A stretch of DNA of 56,661 nt, counting the filler, from Streblomastix strix (Eukaryota), in assembly GCA_008636045.1 (NCBI GenBank). It is 3 parts of 3 records of this genome, joined end to end, with 100 filler letters (N's around TTAATTAATTAA, not from the genome) between each part and the next. Parts side by side here need not be neighbours in the genome. Positions count along the whole stretch, not along the records: positions 18,928 to 37,748 come from SNRW01000581.1; 2 more parts are not named here. One strand, 5' to 3'. Under the pieces are notes generated by a model. It saw only the letters and a program-made list of their open reading frames with translations, was not told the DNA's origin and searched no databases. The translations under genes were made by a program, and so were the position numbers. Shown here piece by piece: positions 24,363-35,460 of the stretch. How positions within the stretch are numbered: position 1 is the first letter of the stretch; the number at the start of each line of letters is the position of its first letter.

Positions 24363-27300
24363 TCATTTAACCCATGTAGCGGATGCACATTAAATATATG
24401 TATTAGTTGTTGATTTACAGGTAATAAGTCCAGTTGAAAGAGAAATCGATACATAACCACCATTATCGATAGTATTGTACGGAAATGGGATATATGTTAT
24501 AACAGCAACGTCGTCCTAAACTAAGTAATCAGGGTTAAATGTTCCCATATTATAATTTCCTCCATTAGCGAGTAATGAAAATATATAAAGATTCCCGATT
24601 CTTATTAATTTATATTATATTACTGCACCATTCATACCACTAAATGCAGATGATGTTAAATCTTCAATCCCACCAAATGATGATAATAATCTATCTCCAC
24701 CACCAGCCAATAAGACAGATGTATCATCTTTACCTGTTTTAGCAAATCCAGCAGCATTAACATTTAAATTGAATGTTTTTGTGCCATATATCGTTTAATT
24801 ATCATAACGACTAATAAAAGCACTATAAATTTCTGCTCCTGTCAAATAATCTTCATCAAACTCCGATATTGATAACTCATCATCATCTCTTCGTAATACT
24901 CCATGAATTATTTAAAGTTCTTAACCCGTTTTCTTCACATAATTAGAATCATCAACGCTTCCACTTGCGAACTCAGATAATGGTTTCGTTGTTCCATTTA
25001 TTAATAATACTTGCTAGTCTGTACCACCTGAGTTAATGAATTATGTTGCTGTTAAATTACCTCTAATAGAACCGCTATAGATAGACGAAACGAATTCACT
25101 TTCCACTGCTCCTAATGTTACATAATCATCATCTAGTGGCTCTGGATATGGTTGGTCTAGTGTTGTTTTTCGTTAAATTCCTTAAATATCTTATACATCA
25201 CCATCTTTTTTTACATAATTTAAATCACGAATTGTGATAGTGAATTCTGAGATTGATTTAGTGCCACCAGCTCCAGGTAATACAACAACATTATCAGCGC
25301 CTGATTTGATAAATGATGAACCAGTTACAGTTGACATTCCATCTATAGAACTTACGAATCTACATGCATTATTGAATGTCTTATTTGTATTTATTGTTTA
25401 TGAAGTACTTAAAGTCATATAATTGGAAAGTTCGGTTGTATCTGCATTCTCACCTAATAATTCATCTGTTTCTATTTTATTGTAATAATCAGTCAAATCA
25501 ACATCTCCGACATCAACCTATGATATTAATTGATCAGTTTCTATTTTGATACATGTTGTTGATTAATTTGCTTTATTATCTAAGAGATTATTTGTTTCAC
25601 CTTTAGTGCATGAATCAATCAGTTATGTCTTATCTGTTTTAAGTAATAAGAGTGCATCATCTTCACTTTTCGAATAAGAAACTCCATTATCTGCTTTATT
25701 ATTTAATAAGTTATTTGTTTCACCTTTAGTATATGAATCAATCAGTTATGTCTTATCAGCTTTCAATAATAAAACTGCATCATCTTCTGTCTTGGTGTAT
25801 GTTGTTGATTTATTAGGTTTCAATAATTATAGTGCATCATCTTCACCTTTTGTATAGGAAACTCCAGTATCTTCTTTATTATTTAATAAGTTATTTGTTT
25901 CACCTCTAGTATATGAATCAATAAGTTATGTCTTATCAGCTTTCAATAATTAAAGAACATCATTTTCTGTCTTGGTATATGTTGTTGATTTATCAGCTTT
26001 CAATAGTAATAGTGTATCATCTTCTGATATAGTGTATAAAGCACTTTAAATATCTGCAATTTATCTTACTCCTCCACCTGCGCAAACAACACTTGAATTA
26101 TCATAAGTTTAAAACATGATTCCAATTGAATGTATTGTTGTATTAAGTGTCTTTTGACCACTAATACTTTGATCATAATCTGTATCAACAAAATTTTTAT
26201 TTTTAGCTGGAGTTAATATATTTCCATTAATTGATATATCAGTTATTGCATTGCCTCCTCCAGTAGCTGTTCTTAAATTTGAGATAACATTACTCATATC
26301 AGGTAGTTCAGTTTCTAGTACTTTTAAGTCTGTTCCATCCCACCAATAATCTGTTACTTCCTTATCAACAATAAATAAATTGTCTCCAATCACTAGTTTT
26401 GCTAAATTATCTTGAACAGCCAACCAGTCATTCAACTCTGGTTATGTTGAGAATACATATGCATTTGACTTTCCAGTTGCAATATCTCTAACTTCTTATA
26501 ATTTCGGTTGTGTTACTAACGAACTTACTAACATATCTTCTCCACCTGCAAGAAGAATAGATGCATCATTTTTACTCAATTTCGATATGTTGGAAACACT
26601 AATTACACCGAATTATTTTTATCCTATTATTGTTTGAGCAGAAACTAAATCAACATAATTTGTCAAATCAGCAACATTAGCTTTCAGTAATAATAGAGCA
26701 TCATCTTCTGTCTTGGAATATGAGTCAATTAATTCAGTTTTATCTGCTTTCAGTGGTAAGAATGCATAAGTTTCTGTTTTAGTATAAGTATCTGATTTAT
26801 CAGCTTTCACTAATAGGAGAGCGTCATCCTCTGGCTTGAAATAACTTTCCACAATATCAGCAACATTAGCCTTTGCATCGAGTAGAGTATCAGTTTCTGT
26901 CTTTGAATAAGTATCTAATTTATCTGATTTTAGTAATAAGAGAGCACCATTTTCTGTCTTAGAATAACTATCAACAATATCTGCAACATTTTCCTTTAAT
27001 ATTAAGAGAGCATCATCTTCTGTCTTAGAATACGAGTCAATTAATTCAGTTTTATCTGCTTTAACATCGAGTAGAGTATCGGTTACAGTCTTAGTATAAG
27101 TATCAGTTTTATCAGCTTTTATATCAAATATTTCATTTTATCCAGGTCTAGTGTATACGTCAGGAGCACGAGCATTATTTATCATATTGATCTGATTATT
27201 AATGTTTTCGACCTATTCGACTAAGCCACTTGAATAATATCTAATTTTTCCGAACAAAATTTCATCATGTTTTATGAGCACATCTAAAGAGTATAAGTCT

Positions 27301-27878
27301 GCATCTGCGATTTAATTACCAAAAATAATTTAGATCAATCAATGAATCTGAGATAGAACTGCTATTAATCTTTTACTTGCTACAGACAATAATTTTGATG
27401 AGATATCTCCAAGATCAAGGATATTAGTTATTTTTCTTACTTTTTATAGGCATATTTTATATGAATCTCTGAGAAGATTGACTTTATCGATATCTAATGT
27501 AAGTATATTTACATTATTTATTGTAATATCTCTTAATGTTCTAGTGCCATCGTGCATAAATTTCCCACAACATCCTTCATCTTCAGTATTAAGGATAACT
27601 TAGTTTTCCACTACATCAAACGTATATGCAATAATTCTTATTAATTAATGTTCAGTTAATATGAAATGTGTTGATTTATTAGTCATATGTTCATATTCAT
27701 CTATTATATCAAGTAATTATCGACATATTGATAGATCTGGAACAATTATTTCTTCCAGTATAGATGATCTTCTTCTTGAACGTACAGAATATACAAACAC
27801 TTTATCTTATTCCTTTTCGAATTGTGAATCTATTTCAACTATTGCAGGAATTATCGGTACGGATTATCGAGGTGACAT
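24363..27878 (-). pseudogene. Long fiber/tail-fiber-like protein (~1170 aa, at least one internal TGA)
   Basis: One reading frame that includes the standard-code fragments ending at 26852 and 26435. Two arrays of YSKTE(D/T)D.LL..KADK repeats, about 5 copies of QTI.G.KTF / F.K.G.....VLLAGGG shaft motifs, and a C-terminal LIRIGNLYIF...GYVSISLSTG...SATWVK head resembling phage receptor-binding domains. Confidence 0.75.
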
Positions 27879-27963
27879 TGGTTCTCTTTAACTTATTTTT
27901 TCAGATGGTGATACTGATCCTTTCAATGATATTTATTCTTACCAAAAATAACAGGTCTAATAG

Positions 27964-28107
27964 TCACGAATAAAGTGATAAATTAATTGGAGTCTTTTCC
28001 TCTTCTTTAGTTAGCGTGTTATAATCAGAAGCAGCAATAAGAAATAAGCCAATGTTTGCAATAGCGATGAGCATTAATGAAGTTCCAATAACTATATCGA
28101 ATAGCAT
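27964..28107 (-). CDS. Possible small single-pass membrane protein (47 aa)
   Basis: MLFDIVIGTSLMLIAIANIGLFLIAASDYNTLTKEEEKTPINLSLYS*: hydrophobic helix plus charged tail; fills the gap between the fiber and Fic genes. Confidence 0.4.
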   Translation of the reverse strand: MLFDIVIGTSLMLIAIANIGLFLIAASDYNTLTKEEEKTPINLSLYS

Positions 28108-28126
28108 TTCATTTATTATTAAAAAG

Positions 28127-28834
28127 ATGCCAAGATAAACTATTAAAATTAAAGAGTTTACAATAACGTTCAATGATGATGGTTATGATTAAATAGGTAA
28201 AGTAATAGATACGATTGATGCAGATAGATTAATGTATAAGAAAATTATGAATTCAAACTGTATTGAATAAGATATATTATCAAATGATGACATTAATGAT
28301 GCAATTGAATATCTGAAGAGTAATGAAGTGCTATATATCGATGAACTGTACTAAGTACTGTTCAAAAGAGAGGCGTTTGGGCATTGTAGTGTATATGTTA
28401 ATGATAAGAATAATTCAAAAATAATCTCTTCTGCTAATGTTGGAATTTAGCATAAAAACATCGATCCAGAATAACTGTAATAGTTAGTGGACTTCGCTTA
28501 CGAATATGACTAATCAAATAAGGTTATGGTTCTGTATACATGCTATCTATTATATGAACGTATTCATTCGCATGAAGATGGGAATGGTAGAATGGGAATA
28601 TTATTGTTTCTAGAAAATATATACCAATTGACTGACTCGTTTGTTCCTTTATCAACTGCATTACGATATAACAAGTAAGTGAAACTATTAATGAATGAAA
28701 CATTTGAGCAAATCAGTTTTGGAGAAATAACAAAGAAACTATAGATCAAAAGTGGTGATGCAGCGATCTACATAGTTGAGATATAAGAGATTGATTTGAA
28801 AAATTTTTATGAGATTATTATTGATAATTAATGA
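28127..28834 (+). CDS. Fic/Doc-domain protein (AMPylase family)
   Basis: 235-aa ORF MPRQTIKIKEF... containing YLLYERIHSHEDGNGRMGILLFLE (Fic motif HPFxDGNGRxxR) at ~28565. The frame stays open past the TGA to 28918, so the stop may be a secondary mutation. Confidence 0.85.
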
Positions 28835-29270
28835 ACAAAATCATAATATTTCACATTAAATTTAGATGATAATACAAGTAAATTAATTGTTAAATTATTG
28901 AATGTGATTAGAATGTGATTTATTTGTGAGCATGCGAAGCCGAATGCATTGCCGCAGAGTAACGATCCCGTGTCTAATAAAATATAGAATTCAGAGATAA
29001 GAATTCCGTGTATCTGCTAACGATTTATAACTCCTCTTTATTCGACGCCTTTAGAAAGCTATCATAACTAACTTATAGGATTTACTTTAAATTAATGATA
29101 TAATTGATCGATATAACCAGTGAAAATGAATTATTTTTGCGTTATTGGTATGCGTTAATGGTTTATGTACAAATGAGATATAATGTCCAATATTTCGAGT
29201 GCACATACACTGCATGAGGATTATTTTAAGATAATTCTTGAATTAGTATTCTATCATGGAGATATACATT

Positions 29271-29584
29271 AATTTATCCATCTGCACTTGGTGCACTGCC
29301 TGCACGGAGTAAGTTGATAAAGAATTTTGAGATCTGCCATCAACCATTTCGCCATATTAATATTTAATTAGACACGATATTAGCAGAATCATTAGAAAAA
29401 ATAAACTTGATCCAATGATTACATGCAATAATCAAAATCGTTCATTTTATAAAATATTACACACTTCAGAATGGTGATGATTCAATAATATTTCAATTAT
29501 AGCATAAATAGTTGATGGCAGATCTCAAAATAGTTTGCCAAGTTACCCCGTGCAGGTCGTGCACCCCGTGCAGATGGACAAATT
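29271..29584. repeat. 79-bp imperfect inverted repeat (arms 29271-29349 and 29506-29584) with TGCAC iterons
   Basis: By hand count 67/79 positions match, including a perfect 21-bp ATTTTGAGATCTGCCATCAAC. Spacer is 156 bp. Each arm has three TGCAC at 9-bp period. Confidence 0.9.
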
Positions 29585-29651
29585 GATTCATTACTCTATG
29601 ATTCTAGCACAAAAAATAAATTCATTCATTTAACTGCACGATCACTTTTAT

Positions 29652-31050
29652 TCATATGTATTCATTATTTTCTTCTTATTTCTCTAGTTCAACTATTTAT
29701 GCTTCAGCTTTTTTCTCATCAGCATCTTCATCTGGCATATTCTTATATATCTTAACCATTTCTTCTTTCATCGTATAGAATCTCTTTCTTTATCCATTTG
29801 TTTTTCTCCATACTTGGCTACATATATTATTTAACGCTAATTGAAAAATTTTTAGTACCATATCTTGAGGTTTCCATAGCTCTACTTGTGATATGATTAC
29901 TCCATCTTTGAACTACTTGAAATGATCAATTATAATGTCATCAACTTTTGACTTTGATGCTCTTATTATATCTTTCTTAGCTTATGTCATTGGAATATTT
30001 CTTGGATTAAATTAAGAAATTTCTCTAGTCATAAAGAATGTGAATAAATTAATATAAAATTCTTCATCAAAACTATTGCAAAGATTAGTGAAGTAAGCTA
30101 GATCTCTTCGATGAACTGAATTGCATTTGAATACAACATAATGTCTATCATTATTCTCAATTTATATAGGAAAAATATTATTAATTACAAGTATCATATT
30201 CACTACATTCTCAACTTCATGCTTTGGTATATTTTTTTCATTAACAACAAACGAATATTCAGTAATTATCGACTTCATTGCATCCATATTGGACATTCTC
30301 GATTCTCCAAAATTCTTCATTTCATTAGCAATTGTCAATATTTTATTTTCGATAGCTGCATTAAACTTTCCAACAAAATCATCTATATCAGTAATGTTCT
30401 TCGATGAGTATCCTGCTAACAGTTCACATAATACGTTAGTGAATACATTCTTTCCAATACCTTATAATCCTTGAAGTATAATGGCAGTTTCAGTTTTCTT
30501 GCCAGCATTCTACACAATAAAAGCAAACTAATTTAGTAAATATTCATAAATCAATTCATCATTTGCAGAGATAGTATCTTTCGCTAATTCTAAGAATCCT
30601 TCTATTTTTGTATAGTTCACTTCTTCTAATTGTAAGTACTTATATCCTTAGAATACACTAAAAATCTTAGGGTTTTAACTAATGAATCTTACACCTATCT
30701 TCTCGAATAGTGAATTATATTATTCTAAGGCATCGATTGCAGTTATATTCTTTTTACTATCTTACCAAAGTCTTATTAAACGTAATTAATCATAGATAGC
30801 AGTCTTATTTTATAATGAATTGTATTAGTATTATGTAAACAATCATATTCTTTAATGACAAAACATCATCCGTTTTAGCAAGTTTCAACTTTTATTATTT
30901 TAAGCAAATCTTCAGTAACTGATTTTAATTAATTTTAATATTATTCATTTAATGCTTTACTAGATACATCTGTTAATGTGAACACATCTTTTAGGTCAAT
31001 TTCATGCTTCTCAATTTATTACACCGTATCAACTATTTTCGATTATTTTT
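29652..31050 (-). pseudogene. Superfamily 3 (D5/NrS-1-like primase-associated) helicase, 5'-truncated
   Basis: KKTETAIILQGLQGIGKNVF (Walker A at 30447-30470), GKFNAAIENKILTIANE (Walker B), MKSIITE...NEK...ILVINN...IENNDRHYVV (motif C / Arg-finger region). One TGA and a frameshift near the 5' end. Confidence 0.9.
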
Positions 31051-34000
31051 TCACTTCAATTACTTTTATTACTAATTTGGTTATTGCTGTTATTGTTACT
31101 TATTTTATTTAGGAATGAGAAATGATGGTTTTAATATGAGTGTGGATGGAAATATCTTCTTATCCGCTGCTTATGTTATTGAATTTAGTTTTATTATTGG
31201 TGAAGCTAAACTAATATTTGCATTTCTATAAATGTTGCTGTTTAAATTGCTTTTATTGTTAATGTTTGCATTTGAAGTTAAATTCTATGGTTTAGGAATT
31301 ACATTAATAGTTAAAGTTGATTTAATTGAATTTTGTTCTTATTTTAGTGAAATTTAAAGAGGAAGAGGAGGAGGTTCTAGGAGAGAATATTATTGATGTA
31401 ATTTGGGTTAATTTTAATTTTCAATTATTAATTTATCTTTCTTTTCATTATCTTCTTTGTCTTTCACCATTTCTTTCTCTTATATTTTATTATTCTCCAT
31501 TTTCTTCCCAATATTTGACTTTTTTCTTATCATTATTTTCTTACTTTTTTGCTAATTCACTTTTACAGTATCTTTTGTTGTATCTTCATCAGAATCATCA
31601 ATTATAATTTCTTCTCTTTATTATTATTAATTCTAATCCTTATCCACCTCTTTTAATTCATCTTTCTTATTATCTCCACTATTAACTTACTCATTTTCTA
31701 TATCTTTATTCATTTATTTCTTTTACTTATAATGTTTACTGTCTTTATCATTATTAACTTTATTTCCAGTTTTATTTTTATTTTTCTTATTTTCTTCTGT
31801 CTGTTATTTCAATTCTTTATATCTTTCTCTTCTTCTTGCGTTCCTTTAAAATTTTTGCTAATCACCTTTTTTTTATTTTTATAATATTTCATCTTAATTA
31901 TAATCCTCAGAATCATCGTCATCTTCCTAGGTTTATTTATTCTTCTTCTTAACTCTTCTAATTGCAACTGTTTTCTTTGTATTTCCATCTTTTTTATCTT
32001 CACCTTCTTCTTCATCATCATTATCTTATTCATCATCATCTTATTCATCATCAACGGAATCCAATAATCCAGCATTAACCATTCTATCTTCAAATTCAAT
32101 CCATTATTCTCTTTCTTCTTTCTCTTCTCTTTGTCTTTCTCTTTCTACTCTCTGTCTAATCATTATCCTCATTTGCTTCTTCTTCTCTCTTTCCATATTG
32201 TGGATTCTCTCCATCTCAATATTGGCTTTATGAGCTTTATATTCTTCTCCACCAAGTGGGAGAAATACCTGAATGTGAATATATGAATATATGAATATAT
32301 ATAGAATAAGAATAAATTAGATGGTAAAGAGAGAAATGGAATAATATGAATAACAATAAATTATTTAATTAAACACACTTCCATTTCACCTTATCCTTCA
32401 ATTGATTGCTTTTTAACCCATAAACCCAGTTCTTCTACTTCTTATTCTTCTTCTTTTTTTTTATTCTTCTAATTTTCTTTTTCTTTATTTAATTAATTTA
32501 AATTACTGTTAGAATCAAATTCTTCATCTTCTTATGCTTCTAAATCAATTTCTCCTTCAATGAATATTTCATCTAATATCTAATCTTTATCCTTCTTTAT
32601 TTCTTTCTCATTAGCATTCTCATATTAAAATGAATCTGGATCAATATATGAAGGACCAAATATATATTCAAATCCGCTATTCCATTTGGTTATGTCTGAA
32701 TGCCAATCTTCATTGATATTACTGTTTAAGTTGTTTCCTTATTCATCAAATTTCTATTTTCCACCTTTTGTTATTTTTTCTGCAAATAGAGAATTATTTT
32801 AATTTGTTCTTGGTCTTTAAATGTTCAAAGTTTGATGTTTTAATTTCTTCTTTACTTTGACATCTCCAGAAACCCAGGGAGAAGATGAAGAGTAAAAAGG
32901 AGATGAAAGTGAAGTGGAATGTTGAAGTTGCTGAATAAGAAGAAATAAGAAATAAGAATAATAATTGTATATCAATTTAATTTAATTTTATTTAATTACA
33001 TACTTTAACTTTCATCCATTATTCATCCCAATCTTTCCAACGACTATTTCCTAATCCAAGTGCCAATCCTTAATTAAACTGAAATTAATTTAATATATTA
33101 ATTAAATAATATAAATATAATTAAAATTATTATTATATTCGAATACTTCTTAACTCAACCATTTACTCCAATCGTCCAACCAATTATTCTGTTTCTTATT
33201 AATTCTTATTTCTTATAGACTATCTTTATCAATATCTTTATTATCCAACTATTCCGTCTTCTTTTCATTAATTAAAGAAGAATTATTGAATGAATCGCTA
33301 TAACCATAAATATTGGCAATTTTCATCTTCATCATTTCATCTGCAATTTATTCTTCATTCACATCATTCATATTCAGACCTTATTATATTTCATCTTTTA
33401 TTTCATTATATTCATCAAATATAGAATTCTTGTTTTCATTCTCTATTTCATATAAATCTATTAACAAATTATCCTTCTCTTTATTCCCTGATATTCTTTC
33501 ATATATTTTCTCATTTTCATCTAAAAACATCATCGCTAAATCATCATCTTCACTCCATTCTGAATAATCAATATTGTCTCGACTATTCTTCTGATCTTTC
33601 TTATAGTTTGATTTGGAGTAATTTTTGGTGTATTTGGAATATTTTCCTGTTTTCACTTGTTTTGATTCTTTTTCTTTGTTTCTGAGTTTGCGTGAAAAGA
33701 ATTGAGGAATAATTTAAGATAATTTTTATTCTTATTCTTCATTATTGACTAAATTCCTTATAATTTCATCTTCTTTTAATTTTTATTCTTCATTATTTTA
33801 TTCAGATTTGACTTTTATTTCATCCTCAAAATCTTTCTTCATAATTTCTTCTTCAATTACAGGTGATTATAAATTAATTGATTCTGGTTTGTTTCCATCT
33901 TCATCTTCTTTAACTGAATTTTATACATTTTCTTCATCTTAAGGTTTGAACATATTTGGAAACATATTCATTAATGTTTTACGTCCAAGATTTACAGCTT

Positions 34001-35141
34001 CTTTTTCTTTCTCTTTTGCTATCTCCAATTCTTTCAATTTCTTCTTCAATTCATTCTTTCTACTGTTATCTTATTAATTCTTATGTTTTCTCCTGTATTG
34101 TTTCCAGCTCTTCAGTTTCTCACGAAATTCTTATTCTTCTTATTCATCCCTCTCAATAAGCTCTTCATTTTCTGAACTCAATTCTTCTTCCGTGTCTGAA
34201 TCGCGTCTTTTCTTCTTTTTCTTTTCCATTGGTAGTTTTTTATGATCTTTTTCATAATCCTCTTCATCATCATCACTTTCATCATATGTATCACTTTCCA
34301 TCCAGTCTTCCCATTCAACTAAGTTTTAGTCAATTATATTATCCTTCCTTTTCAAATATTACTTCCCAGATTCAACTTCTGCATTATTATCTTAGCTCCC
34401 ATCAACAATTTCAACTTCATTTTCGCTTTCATTTATTCTTCTTCTCTTCAACTTATTTCCACTTTAACTTTTTTGATTTTTAGGAGTGATGATCTTTGTC
34501 TATTTTTTGAATAATTCTTATTTCTTCCCTTTCTTCATTTTTTATTTAAATAGAAAATCTTTCAGAAGTCTCAATCGGTAAATTAAGCCTTTTTTCTCTA
34601 AATTCAATTCATCAGAATATTCAGAAGACGAACTGTCAGATTCATTTTGATCAGCTTTTGTTCTATTTTTACGTTTTTCAATTCTTTATTGTTTTTTCTC
34701 TTTCTAATATTCATGTAGCTATCTTCTCATTAAACTAACTTCCTGCATTTCATCTTCAATCTCACTCTCTATCTCATCTTCACGAACTACTCCTGTTCGA
34801 TGTGATATTTGTGGACTTTAGATTGTTTGTCCAGCATCACTTCGTTAACTTTTAGTAGAGTCTAATTTTTATGGATGTTTGCTATCAGGACGTGAGAGAT
34901 GTTCCTGCTATTTTTTTGCCAAGCGATTAAGACGTCTTCGTTCAACAGCTTCTGTATTCCTCAATTACATAGGATATCTATTTCCAAAGAGCTCATCAGC
35001 AGATACTAATTCCGTTCTTATTTTTCCAGGAGTTAATTATTGTGGATTTTGCGAGTTATCTTCATTAGAACTATCATCCAGCACGAACACTTCAATGCCT
35101 TTTGGTTTATCACTTTAGCTTTGTGATTTATTGTTTTTCAT
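31051..35141 (-). CDS. Host hypothetical protein, highly charged and low-complexity, with ~3 introns
   Basis: ATG 35141 MKNNKSQSQSDKPKGIEVFVLDDSS... is open under TAR=Gln. GT-AG introns near 33085-33145, 32935-33000 and 32268-32378. Ends ...KPSFLIPKQNKQQQQQQPNQQQKQLK* at TGA 31051-31053. Confidence 0.7.
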
Positions 35142-35460
35142 TAACAGCCTCTCAAATATTCTAATTTTAAGGATTTTATTGTATTGTAAAATAATATTTG
35201 ATGAAAATAATGTTTATTAAACTAAATAAAATGAGTTAGAGAGCGAAAATAATGTGATTTATTGTTCAGAAATTTAGTTCTTTGAATGTAGGTTAGCATT
35301 GACATTAAATTCTTTAAAAATAGTTTTATTTGCAATATAATATATTTTTATTTGAAAAGAAGCATAAATATAAACTTAAATATTGTTGTTTATGTATTCT
35401 AAAGGTGATCATTATAATGAAAATCAAAAAAAAATTACCTCGATCTTCTTTCATGCTTGT

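Larger units (their letters stand above)
18928..31050 (-). mobile_element. Endogenous Polinton/Maverick-like dsDNA virus (partial, decaying)
   Basis: About 11 compact intronless ORFs: capsid-like, fiber-like, Fic and SF3 helicase, plus a non-coding palindrome. Scattered TGA stops and frameshifts. Left end cut by the contig edge. Confidence 0.85.

Noticed and set aside
25450..27130. Nucleotide repeats resembling a repeat-spacer array
   Set aside because: Explained as in-frame coding repeats of the fiber protein on the minus strand.
20441..31050. Possibility that the viral ORFs decode TGA as an amino acid
   Set aside because: Internal TGAs fall at positions that appear to need different residues (Gly, Arg, Trp) and co-occur with frameshifts, which fits neutral decay.
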